Shown here in pieces: positions 1 to 9,084 of a stretch of 64,000 nt of DNA; position 1 is the first letter of the stretch; each line of letters begins with the position of its first letter. This stretch comes from Bdellovibrionales bacterium. Its GTDB lineage: Bacteria > Bdellovibrionota > Bdellovibrionia > Bdellovibrionales > JAUICD01. The stretch lies in NCBI GenBank assembly GCA_965262715.1, contig OZ253553.1, forward strand, positions 864,001-928,000, written 5' to 3'. Position numbers and translations under genes: made by a program. The notes beneath the pieces were generated by a model. It worked only from the letters and a program-made list of their open reading frames with translations. It searched no databases and was not told the DNA's origin.

Positions 1-2
1 AT

Positions 3-1784
3 AGAGGAGCTAAAAACCATCTTGAAACTCCTGAGCAAATAGATCAATTCTTATTAGAGACACAAAAATCTTTGATGGATGATAAGAATCCTTCACATAC
101 TATCAATAGTTTAGGTGAAGCTCAAAAAGAGTCCCAATTGCCCTTGCCAGCACCTTTAGTACAAAAAGATACCAATATTCCAAATTATATTGAAAAAGGT
201 GAGATTGTAAAAGGGGTTGTTAGCCAAATCGATGATAGATGGGGTCTTGTCACTGTACATTTTCCGGAATCAAAAGGACTCATTGATATAGAAAGCATGA
301 AATGGGCTGCGCCTCCTGATCCAAATGTGCATTGGAGATTTAGAAACATCACTAAACCATCGCAAGCGTTAAAAACTGGGGATGTTATTGAAATAAAGGT
401 AGTAGATGAAGCCTTTCGTTCTACAAGGCTAGATCAGCTAGGAGCAAAATCTAAGAAATTGCTAGCTCAAAAATACACTTTTGAAGAAGTTACTCTTTTA
501 GAGTTAGAACAGGAACCTTTAGTACAAGGAGCTTTGATTTCTTTTGACTTAAAAACAGAAAATCTCACTGCTATGGTCGGTGGCCGTAATTTTCAACAAT
601 CAAAATTCAATAGAGCTATTCAAGCACTTAGACAATCTGGTTCTTCTTTTAAGCCGATTATTTATTTGAGCGCTTTAGATAAAGGCTTTAAACCAAATAG
701 TGTTATCAATGACTCTCCTATTGTTTATAAAGAGGAGGCATCGGATAAGACAGATGAACCATTTACATGGAGACCTGGCAATTATTCAGCTCGTTTTGGA
801 GGAGATATTCTACTAAGAAATGCTCTCAAACAATCTAAGAATATCCCTACTGTTAAAATTTTAGAGAAAATAGGTGTTGGATGGGTTGCCCAATATGCAA
901 AACGTTTAGGAATTTTTCATCCTTTAAATATGGATTTGAGTCTCGGCTTGGGTTCTAGTAGTGTGACCCTTTATGAAATGACAAAAGTCTTTGCTCACTT
1001 TGCAAGATTGGGCAAAAAGATATCTCCATTAACTATCGATAAAGTAGAAGATATGAGAGGAGAAATTATCTTAGGACAAGTTTCTATGGATCAAAGATTC
1101 AAGGATCAGTTAGTGGAACTCGATAATCAATTTGCTTTAGAACGTATAGAGTTTTTAAGTCCACTTTACACAGGTAATGACGACATTTTAGATCAAGAGT
1201 TCGAAAGTATAGATAAAATAGCAAAAGCACCTGAGATTGATGTAAGTAGCCAAGTAACTCAACCTTTAATTTTCTTTGAAGATTCTGAGCAATTGATTGT
1301 ACCTCAGACGGCCTATTTAATAACTTCTCTTTTAAAGGCTGTAGTGGAAGAGTCAGGTGGAACAGGGGCAAGGGCTAGAAGTCTTGGCCGAACATCTGCT
1401 GGAAAAACAGGCACAACAAATGGCTATTTTGATGCATGGTATGTGGGATACACGCCTCAATTTGTTACAGGTGTCTGGATTGGTTTTGATGATGAAAGGA
1501 CTTTAGGAAGAGGAGAAACAGGAAGTTCAGCAGCTCTGCCAATTTGGTTAGAATATATGAAGCAAATCCATGAAGATATGCCAAAAGAAGAGTTTATAGT
1601 TCCTGATCAGATTGTTTTTGCCAATATTGATAATGAAACAGGTTACTTAGCTTCTGCATCTTCAAAAAATGTTGTCATGCAAGCTTTTTTAGAAGGAACT
1701 CAACCAACATTAAATACAGAAGACTCCATTCAATCACAAGAAAGGCATACTGCAGATTTTTATAAAGAGGACTTATCAGAATGA
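3..1784 (+). CDS. mrcA: Penicillin-binding protein 1A, 5' part outside the window
   Basis: Frame is open from the window edge. Transpeptidase motifs SSFK (SxxK), SKN (SxN) and KTG; FNRAIQALRQSGS; OB-like insert. Confidence 0.9.
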   Translation, partial: RGAKNHLETPEQIDQFLLETQKSLMDDKNPSHTINSLGEAQKESQLPLPAPLVQKDTNIPNYIEKGEIVKGVVSQIDDRWGLVTVHFPESKGLIDIESMKWAAPPDPNVHWRFRNITKPSQALKTGDVIEIKVVDEAFRSTRLDQLGAKSKKLLAQKYTFEEVTLLELEQEPLVQGALISFDLKTENLTAMVGGRNFQQSKFNRAIQALRQSGSSFKPIIYLSALDKGFKPNSVINDSPIVYKEEASDKTDEPFTWRPGNYSARFGGDILLRNALKQSKNIPTVKILEKIGVGWVAQYAKRLGIFHPLNMDLSLGLGSSSVTLYEMTKVFAHFARLGKKISPLTIDKVEDMRGEIILGQVSMDQRFKDQLVELDNQFALERIEFLSPLYTGNDDILDQEFESIDKIAKAPEIDVSSQVTQPLIFFEDSEQLIVPQTAYLITSLLKAVVEESGGTGARARSLGRTSAGKTGTTNGYFDAWYVGYTPQFVTGVWIGFDDERTLGRGETGSSAALPIWLEYMKQIHEDMPKEEFIVPDQIVFANIDNETGYLASASSKNVVMQAFLEGTQPTLNTEDSIQSQERHTADFYKEDLSE

Positions 1785-4576
1785 AGTCCATTCAGTTAAG
1801 GGGTGTTAATCAAAATAATTTAAAAAATATCAATGTGAATTTTCCTTTAGGAGATATAACTGTTGTTTGTGGTCCTAGTGGTAGTGGTAAAAGCTCTTTA
1901 GCTTTTGAAACATTATATGCCAAGGGACAGAGAGAATATATCAACAGTCTTTCAAGTTATGTAAGGCAATTTTTAGATAGGTCTCCTCAACCAGATGTGG
2001 ATGATGTGAAGAATATCCCTCCTGCTATTGCTATTGAGCAAAACAATCATGTAACAACAAGCCGTTCTACAGTAGGTACTTTAACAGAAATTATTGATTA
2101 CTTACGATTGTTATTTGCAAATATAGGCACTCCTATTTGCTTAGAGCATGGTGTTCCTATTGTGGCAGATACTGTGACAAGCGCAACGAATCAAGTGGTT
2201 AAAATATTTAATGGTCAAAGAGGTTATATATTATCAGGTGTTATGAAAGAGTTTATAAACAGTCATCCAGATTTATTGCAATTTCTCTTAAAATCTGGAT
2301 ACACTCGTATTTTTTATAAACAAGAAGTGATAAAAGTTCAACCTAAAATGAGCTTACCTAAGGACGACTTTGAGATTATCATTGATCGCACAGGTTTTAG
2401 CTTAGAGGATAAGGGTCGTATTGCAGATTCTATTGCACAAGCTTATTCTGTTTTTAATCACCTTAATATGTGCAAAAAAGCAAAGGCAAGAGTTATCACA
2501 ACAGATGGGCAAGAACTTAAGTTGAGTGAAAGTCCAATTTGTCGACAGTGTGGTTTTGCTCTGCCTCCTATCACTCATCAGCTTTTTAATTTTTCTAGTC
2601 CTTTAGGAGTGTGTCGAAAATGTGAAGGTGCAGGACGTTTATTGAAGTTCGATAGGAATAAGATTATCCCTAGTCCTAATCTCTCGTTACTACAAGATGC
2701 TATACACCCTATTTCAGTGCCTTTTTTAAGGTATGAACGTAAAGATTTTCTTAAGACATGCGTGAATCACTATAATATTGATGTAAATATACCTTGGAAT
2801 CAGATATCAGAGGAAAAGCAATCATTAGTGTGGGATGGAAAGGGTCGATATCCAGGCCTAATAGAATACCTTGAACTATGCGCAAAATATCGGCAAGACG
2901 CTAGATCATCACATTTTATTCGATCTTATCAAAGCTACATTGTTTGTAAAGAATGTGAGGGAAGTCGGCTGCGCAAAGAGGCTAATGCTGTAAGGATTAA
3001 GAAGAAAACAATCACAGAAATTTGCAGTTGGACTTTAGAAGACGCACTGTCTTTTTTTGAAAATTTATCTCATGAAAAGGCAGAAAAAATAAGGGTTGTT
3101 TCAGAAGTTCTACAGCAAATAACTTCAAGGTTGCGTTTTTTATGTGATGTAGGTGTTAATTACTTAACTTTAGATCGTCTTACAAAAACTCTCTCTGCAG
3201 GTGAATATCAGAGAGTTCATTTAGCTCATCAGCTGGGTAAGTCCCTCTCTCAGACTCTATATGTTCTAGATGAACCTACTGTAGGATTGCATCCGAAAGA
3301 TAATGAACGATTGATTAAGATTTTAAATCAGCTTAGAGACCTAGGAAATACTCTTGTTGTTGTTGAGCATGATAAAGGTATCATTAATAATAGTCATTAT
3401 ATTGTAGAAATGGGGCCAGGCGCAGGTCAAGAAGGAGGGACTGTTGTATTCTCAGGTAAGACAAAGGATTTTCTGAAAACTTCTACTCTGACAGCTCAAG
3501 CTATAAAGTCAAAAAATATCTTCTATAAAAAGTCCAACCAAGAAAACACATCTTTAAAATTTGATACTCCTTTTATGAAAATAACAGGTTGTTCAGGACA
3601 TAATTTAAAATCTATTGATGCAAAAATTCCTCTTAATAACTTGGTTGCTGTCACAGGTGTTAGTGGTTCTGGCAAATCTTCTCTATTGAAGGGCACACTC
3701 TATCCAGCTCTTGTAAATTCTTTAAAAGATAGTAATGAACAAAACATGGATGTTTTGCCTTATAAATCTCTAAAAATTCCTGACAACACTATTGAGGATG
3801 TTCTTTTTGTGGATCAAAGCCCTATTGGAGGCACATGGAGAAGTTATCCAGCCACTTATCTAAAAATTTATGATCGTATTCGGATATTGATGGCTTCTAC
3901 TCCAGAAGCTAGAAAAAGAAATTATGATGCAAGCTTTTTTAGTCTCATGACAGATTCTGGAGGACGTTGTCCTTATTGCCAGGGTGAAGGATTTGAAACT
4001 ATTGATATGGCCTTTGTAGATGATGTGAAATTGATCTGTGAGTATTGTAATGGTGAAAGGTTTCAAAAAGAAGTTTTTGATGTTATTTATAAAGGGAAAA
4101 ATATTAATGAAATATTAAGCCTTACAGTTTCAGAAGCTGCAGAGTTTTTTAAAGACATTCCTTCTATTTATAAAGTACTTGTTTTTTTAAAAGAAATTGG
4201 TTTGGAATATTTATGTATCGGACAAAGTACAAAGAGTTTAAGTGGAGGTGAATCTCAAAGGTTAAAATTAACAAGACAAATTCTTCATGTTAAAAAAGAT
4301 GCATCTCTTTATATTTTAGATGAACCGACAACAGGTCTACATCCTAGAGAAGTTGAAATGCTAGTTTTAATTATCAGAAAGCTTATAAAAAAAGGAGGTA
4401 GTGTTATTATTATTGAGCACAATATAGATCTTATTAAAGAAGCAGATTATGTGGTAGAATTGGGCCCTGGAGGTGGTAAAAAGGGGGGAGAGATTATGTT
4501 TCAAGGACCTACTCAATTGCTATGTCAGAATACAAAATGCGCTACAGCCCCTTATTTAAAGTCCTACTTTATGTAG
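1781..4576 (+). CDS. uvrA: Excinuclease ABC subunit A (UvrA family)
   Basis: Two ABC ATPase domains (GPSGSGKS, GVSGSGKS; LSAGE/LSGGE; LDEPT) and CxxC zinc modules. ATGA overlap with the PBP1A stop. Confidence 0.9.
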   Translation: MKSIQLRGVNQNNLKNINVNFPLGDITVVCGPSGSGKSSLAFETLYAKGQREYINSLSSYVRQFLDRSPQPDVDDVKNIPPAIAIEQNNHVTTSRSTVGTLTEIIDYLRLLFANIGTPICLEHGVPIVADTVTSATNQVVKIFNGQRGYILSGVMKEFINSHPDLLQFLLKSGYTRIFYKQEVIKVQPKMSLPKDDFEIIIDRTGFSLEDKGRIADSIAQAYSVFNHLNMCKKAKARVITTDGQELKLSESPICRQCGFALPPITHQLFNFSSPLGVCRKCEGAGRLLKFDRNKIIPSPNLSLLQDAIHPISVPFLRYERKDFLKTCVNHYNIDVNIPWNQISEEKQSLVWDGKGRYPGLIEYLELCAKYRQDARSSHFIRSYQSYIVCKECEGSRLRKEANAVRIKKKTITEICSWTLEDALSFFENLSHEKAEKIRVVSEVLQQITSRLRFLCDVGVNYLTLDRLTKTLSAGEYQRVHLAHQLGKSLSQTLYVLDEPTVGLHPKDNERLIKILNQLRDLGNTLVVVEHDKGIINNSHYIVEMGPGAGQEGGTVVFSGKTKDFLKTSTLTAQAIKSKNIFYKKSNQENTSLKFDTPFMKITGCSGHNLKSIDAKIPLNNLVAVTGVSGSGKSSLLKGTLYPALVNSLKDSNEQNMDVLPYKSLKIPDNTIEDVLFVDQSPIGGTWRSYPATYLKIYDRIRILMASTPEARKRNYDASFFSLMTDSGGRCPYCQGEGFETIDMAFVDDVKLICEYCNGERFQKEVFDVIYKGKNINEILSLTVSEAAEFFKDIPSIYKVLVFLKEIGLEYLCIGQSTKSLSGGESQRLKLTRQILHVKKDASLYILDEPTTGLHPREVEMLVLIIRKLIKKGGSVIIIEHNIDLIKEADYVVELGPGGGKKGGEIMFQGPTQLLCQNTKCATAPYLKSYFM

Positions 4577-4670
4577 AATTCATCTAAGCCTATCGTTTTT
4601 TAGAATTTACATATAGGTTTATCTTTAGCAATAGCTGAAACTTTTTGAAAGTTGATTTATAACTATGAAT

Positions 4671-5012
4671 GGCCTTGTTGCACAAACATCAAGTTTATGT
4701 GCTAGAGATTTGTGACAGGCTTCTTCACTAGCAAACAGGCAACCCTCGTGCCTTGTATTTCTGTTATTCTATAATTTTATTATACGTAACTTCAAATCGC
4801 ATTGTTTATAAAACGATCACTGATAAAGAGAAAGGCAATGAGATGAAGCTATCAGAGCTTGATCTTAAAGAGGGTTACATCGTCCCTGTTTTTTTGAACT
4901 CACTTGATTTTCAAGTCCGTGTCATGAAAAAGGTTTTCACAAACGAAAATGGACATCAAGGGACTCTCTAATTTTTATAGACATATTCCCTAAATCTTTG
5001 TGCAACAAGACC
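4671..5012. mobile_element. Non-autonomous IS903-group (IS5 family) MITE, chimeric, no TSD
   Basis: Ends ggccttgttgcacaaa / tttgtgcaacaagacc match the TIRs of the IS at 12735-14051. Flanks actatgaat and gtttagagt differ. Confidence 0.8.
4805..4970 (+). pseudogene. Transposase fragment (IS701-like) inside the MITE
   Basis: LDFQVRVMKKVFTNENGHQGTL resembles the ...KQVFTNxDGSxGxLY segment of IS701-type transposases (recalled similarity, not searched). Confidence 0.4.
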
Positions 5013-5041
5013 GTTTAGAGTTAGAAATTAAAGAAAACAAC

Positions 5042-5230
5042 ATTTGGGTATTTGGCAAATTTCAAATTATCTAAGCCCATAAGCTTTAGTTACAGTTTTC
5101 AAATAGAAGAATTGAACACAAATGGTAATAGGGAAATTCTTTTCTTGTGTTTTTTCTTACTAAAAAGAAAATATAAGGAGTTATTTTCAAAAAAGGCACA
5201 TATTGTATCAATTTGCAACGGTCCTGGACT
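5042..5230 (+). repeat. 189-bp direct target duplication, left copy
   Basis: Same sequence as 8507-8695 (atttgggtatttgg...cggtcctggact); abuts the IS1634 TIR. Confidence 0.95.
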
Positions 5231-5579
5231 CCTGAGTTTGACACTTAATTTGAATTTTCGTGATATTTTTTTCAAGGAATGTTGTATTTATAGTCATTAG
5301 CGGTTATTGTGTTTGTATTTTGGTCAAAAAGTGTAGTGTACTTATTTATCATACACTACGCGTCATATACCTTATTTTCTTTTATTTTTTATATTTTTCT
5401 TGTAATGTATTTTTATGTTCATAAGGTCTACAAGAAATCCGAGAAGGGACATATATTATCATCTTGTTGAGAGCTACAGATTAGGTTCTCAAGTGAAGCA
5501 AAGGATTCTAATGTCTTTAGGTAAAGCCGCGGATAAGGAAGTTAACTTGAAGAAGCTTCTAGAAGTTGAGGTGTACCCT

Positions 5580-6533
5580 TTATTTGGAGGATCCGTTCCA
5601 TATTTTACTCACTTCTGAGATTCCCATTGTTGTTAATTCTCCTGTTTTCCATTTAGCTTCAAATTCATTAGGTGATAAGTAACCTAATGAAGAATGTCGC
5701 CTTTTTTTATTATACATACCTTCGATAAACTTTGGAATACTTCTTAATACATCTTCAAAAGTTTTATATTCACACAGATGAACCTCTTCTCGTTTTAAAG
5801 AGCTAAAGAAAGATTCAACAAATGCATTATCCCAACAATTGGCTTTTCTCGACATACTGATCTTAAAGCCTTTTTCTTTAAGCTTGTAGGTATAATCTTT
5901 ACTGGTGTATTGCACACCTTGATCACTATGATGAATACATCCTTTAGTATCTGATCTCTGCTCTAAACTCATCTCTAAAGCTCCTAAACAAAGCTCTGTG
6001 TTGATCTCTCTAGAAATAGCCCACCCTACAATCTTCCTTGAAAAAATATCTAAAATCACTGCTAAAAAAACAAAACCATCTTGAATCCTAATGTATGTGA
6101 TATCTGTTACCCAAAGCTGGTTGGGTCTATTCACTTCAATGCCAAAAGTTAAATTCGGATAAACTCGATTTGAATGTTTAGAATCCGTGGTTGAAACCTT
6201 AAAACCTTTGTAAATCAAAGCCTTTAAACCGTATTTCCGCATAATGCGAGCAATCCTCTTGTGGTTGGCTTTAATACTCTTCTCTTGCTCAAGTTCCAAT
6301 TGAATACGACGTATTCCATACATCGGGTATTTACACTGTATCCTCTCAATCTGCTCTTTCAAATCAAAATCCCTTTGCTCTCGCTCTTGCTGTGAAATCT
6401 TTCTCTTGTAATAGTAGCTACTTAAAGGTAACCCTAACGCTTTACACGTTTTTGAAATTGATCCAAATTCTTTCCAGTGATTACCGACGATCCTACGCTT
6501 TTCCTCTGTTGAAGCTCCTTTTTGGCTTTTTTT
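5580..6533 (-). CDS. IS3 OrfB (DDE integrase core), probably fused to OrfA by -1 frameshift
   Basis: WVTDITY, HHSDQGVQY, DNAFVESFF motifs. The -1 frame is open back to an A7G slippery run at 6526-6533 (minus strand). Confidence 0.88.
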   Translation of the reverse strand, partial: KKSQKGASTEEKRRIVGNHWKEFGSISKTCKALGLPLSSYYYKRKISQQEREQRDFDLKEQIERIQCKYPMYGIRRIQLELEQEKSIKANHKRIARIMRKYGLKALIYKGFKVSTTDSKHSNRVYPNLTFGIEVNRPNQLWVTDITYIRIQDGFVFLAVILDIFSRKIVGWAISREINTELCLGALEMSLEQRSDTKGCIHHSDQGVQYTSKDYTYKLKEKGFKISMSRKANCWDNAFVESFFSSLKREEVHLCEYKTFEDVLRSIPKFIEGMYNKKRRHSSLGYLSPNEFEAKWKTGELTTMGISEVSKIWNGSSK

Positions 6534-6784
6534 AAAAACTCGTTTTCTAAGCTGAGCTGTCCTACCTTTGCCTGAAGAGCATATATTTGTCTCTCTAGAG
6601 ATCTCTCCCTTGATGAAGGGTTTCCCAAAGGTGTCCCTTGTTGATACTTCTTAAACCACTCTAAGACTGTTTGGCGATGAAGTTGATGCTCCCGGCAAAT
6701 CTCTAACAAAGATCTGCCTTCATGCATCGATTTACAAATAGCTTCCTTAAATTCAACATTAAATCGTCTTCTTACTTTGCCCAT
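6434..6784 (-). CDS. IS3 OrfA (HTH)
   Basis: RRRFNVEFK...LENEFLKKA is a typical IS3 OrfA. Confidence 0.88.
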   Translation of the reverse strand: MGKVRRRFNVEFKEAICKSMHEGRSLLEICREHQLHRQTVLEWFKKYQQGTPLGNPSSRERSLERQIYALQAKVGQLSLENEFLKKAKKELQQRKSVGSSVITGKNLDQFQKRVKR

Positions 6785-8506
6785 GATCTTCCTCCTGATC
6801 TTATAGCTTTTTATAGCTAAAATTCAGGAATCTCAAGTGAGTTACTTTATCACTTAACTCTCCAGTTTATGGGGTACAGACCAAGTATTATCTAAAGAGT
6901 TAGAGATAATTCCTGCTAGTAAGTTATTAAAAGAGATTGATGTTAAAGACACTTTTATATTAGGTCCCTTACTTATAATAGATGCTATTTTCAAACAATT
7001 AAATCTCTATGAATTATTAACAGATTTAAAACAAAAGCACCCTAAAGTACAATTTGATTTTGTTAAGATTATTTTTACATTGGTTATAAGCCGTTTTGTA
7101 GAGCCATGTTCTAAGCTTAAAGTATTTTCACACTGGCAGAAGTTATTTTACCCTGATTTTTTAGAAGAGGAGCTTCATCTTCAAGACATTTATCGTTCTT
7201 TAGATATTCTAAGTAAGCATAAGGAAGATATAGAGAAGACTCTTTATACACAAGGTAAGTCTCAGTTAAGTTTTTTCAATGAGTGTGATGTTATTTTGTA
7301 TGATTTAACGACATTGAGATTTGAGAGTACCCGAGAGGATTTAGATAATCTTCGAAGATTTGGTTATAGCAAAGAGAAGAGGAGTGATTGTACCCAGGTG
7401 GTATTTGGACTTTTAGTAGATAGAGAAGGTATGCCCTTAGGCTTTGATGTTTATCCTGGAAATACCTTTGAAGGTAAAACCATACCTTCAGTTATGGAGA
7501 AACTAAAAAAGAAGTTTAAGATCAGAAGATTTATATTAGTAGGAGATAGAGGTTTATTTTCTAATGAGAATTTACAATCTGTAAAAGCAAAGGGAGATGA
7601 ATTTATAGTAGGATTAAAGCTAGGTTTATTAAAGGATCGTCATGCAGAGATATACAATTTAAAGAATTTTAAATTTATAAATGAAAATTTAGCTATATAC
7701 GAGACGAGTTATAATGATAATCGTTGTATAATTACCTGGTCAAGAAAGAGAGCAGAACGAGATAAGAAAGTAAGAGAAGATATTCTATCTAAGTTAGAAG
7801 ATAAGCTTTCAAAATCGTCATCAAGCACAAAGGATTTTGTATCTAATAGCAATTATAAGAAGTATATTATTCATCCTAAGAGTAAAGGCAAGCCTACTTT
7901 AAATAAGTCAGCCATAGAACAATCAGAGAGGACAGATGGTTTTTTTGGAATCATTACAAATACAGATAGTTTAAGTTCTGAAGAGATTATAACGAACTAT
8001 AAGCAATTATGGAAGGTAGAGAATTCATTTAGAGAATTGAAAGGTACATTAAAGACACGTCCTATGTTCCACTGGACAGATAAGAGGATCTTAGGACATT
8101 TAGTTGTGTGTTTTTTATCTTACTTATGTGAGGCTTATTTTTCAAAGAAGTTACATCAGAGAAACATCACATTAAAAGATAAAGCAATTACAGACAAGAG
8201 AATAAAGTCAAGGCCATTGAGTGTGGCAGAAGCTATGTCAAAGCTGAAAGAAGTACGAGCTATACCTGTGAGGATAAAGGATAAGACACTTTGGATCAGA
8301 ACAGATATTAACGGTAACAATGCTGATGTATTTAAAGCTATAGGAGCAAAGATCCCATCAAAACAACTTAAAGTAGAATCTACTTAGACCTACAAACAAT
8401 CTCTTAAATCTCTACCACAAAATCAAAATGTAGTGGTACAAAATCACACATCCACTGTAACTAACTAAAATAACTTAACTTTATTTTCGCAACTGTCAAA
8501 CTCAGG

Positions 8507-8695
8507 ATTTGGGTATTTGGCAAATTTCAAATTATCTAAGCCCATAAGCTTTAGTTACAGTTTTCAAATAGAAGAATTGAACACAAATGGTAATAGGGAA
8601 ATTCTTTTCTTGTGTTTTTTCTTACTAAAAAGAAAATATAAGGAGTTATTTTCAAAAAAGGCACATATTGTATCAATTTGCAACGGTCCTGGACT
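8507..8695 (+). repeat. 189-bp direct target duplication, right copy
   Basis: Same sequence as 5042-5230. Confidence 0.95.
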
Positions 8696-8752
8696 TTTTC
8701 ATGACCTTAATGCCATATCGAAAAAAGATAGAAACTTCGAATAACTCAATAA

Positions 8753-8932
8753 AATCAATAACTTGATAGTGTAACTTACGTACAAAAGTTACAGTCCTGT
8801 CCCCTTAAAATCATTGATGTTTTTGGTCATTTTCCACACCAAAGACTATTAGCAATTAAAGCTCTTCAATACCTGTATCGGTAGTTATTTCAATAACTTA
8901 ATACTGTAACTTTTGTACGTAAGTTACAGTCC
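8753..8932. promoter_or_regulatory. Pair of sites: IHF-like box + TGTAACTT-N8-AAGTTACA palindrome
   Basis: 8770-8795 and 8903-8928 form a perfect 26-bp inverted repeat. AATCAAtaacTTG at 8753-8765 fits the IHF consensus WATCAAN4TTR. Confidence 0.55.
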
Positions 8933-9084
8933 AGGTAGGCTAAAAACCAAGTCTTTTAGCTTGGTTTTAAAGATTTACATTTTTGATATTTTTACTTATT
9001 TTACCTTTCAAATTTTTGGACAACTAGCAGTACATAGCACATAAAAGAAGGTTCGTAATACAACGATGATGAAAGTATAGAGCA

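Larger units (their letters stand above)
5567..6883 (-). mobile_element. IS3-family insertion sequence (1317 bp)
   Basis: TG...CA ends with imperfect IR (tgaggtgtaccc / gggtacagacca); 3-bp TSD agt at 5564-5566 and 6884-6886; orfA/orfB layout. Confidence 0.92.
5415..8387 (+). pseudogene. IS1634 transposase (~550 aa when rejoined), split by IS3
   Basis: Joining 5415-5566 to 6887-8387 restores one frame (…KLLEV|LSKELE…). Motifs YDLTTLRFE, FGYSKEKRSD, GDRG, LWKVENSFRELK, RPMFHW. Confidence 0.9.
5231..8506 (+). mobile_element. IS1634-family element A, interrupted by a nested IS3
   Basis: 13-bp TIR cctgagtttgaca / tgtcaaactcagg; IS1634-type transposase; long flanking direct repeats. Confidence 0.93.

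Noticed and set aside
5052..8744. Duplicated small ORFs MANFKLSK (82 aa and 75 aa)
   Set aside because: TTG starts without a clear RBS; they exist twice only because of the 189-bp duplication and show no recognisable motif.
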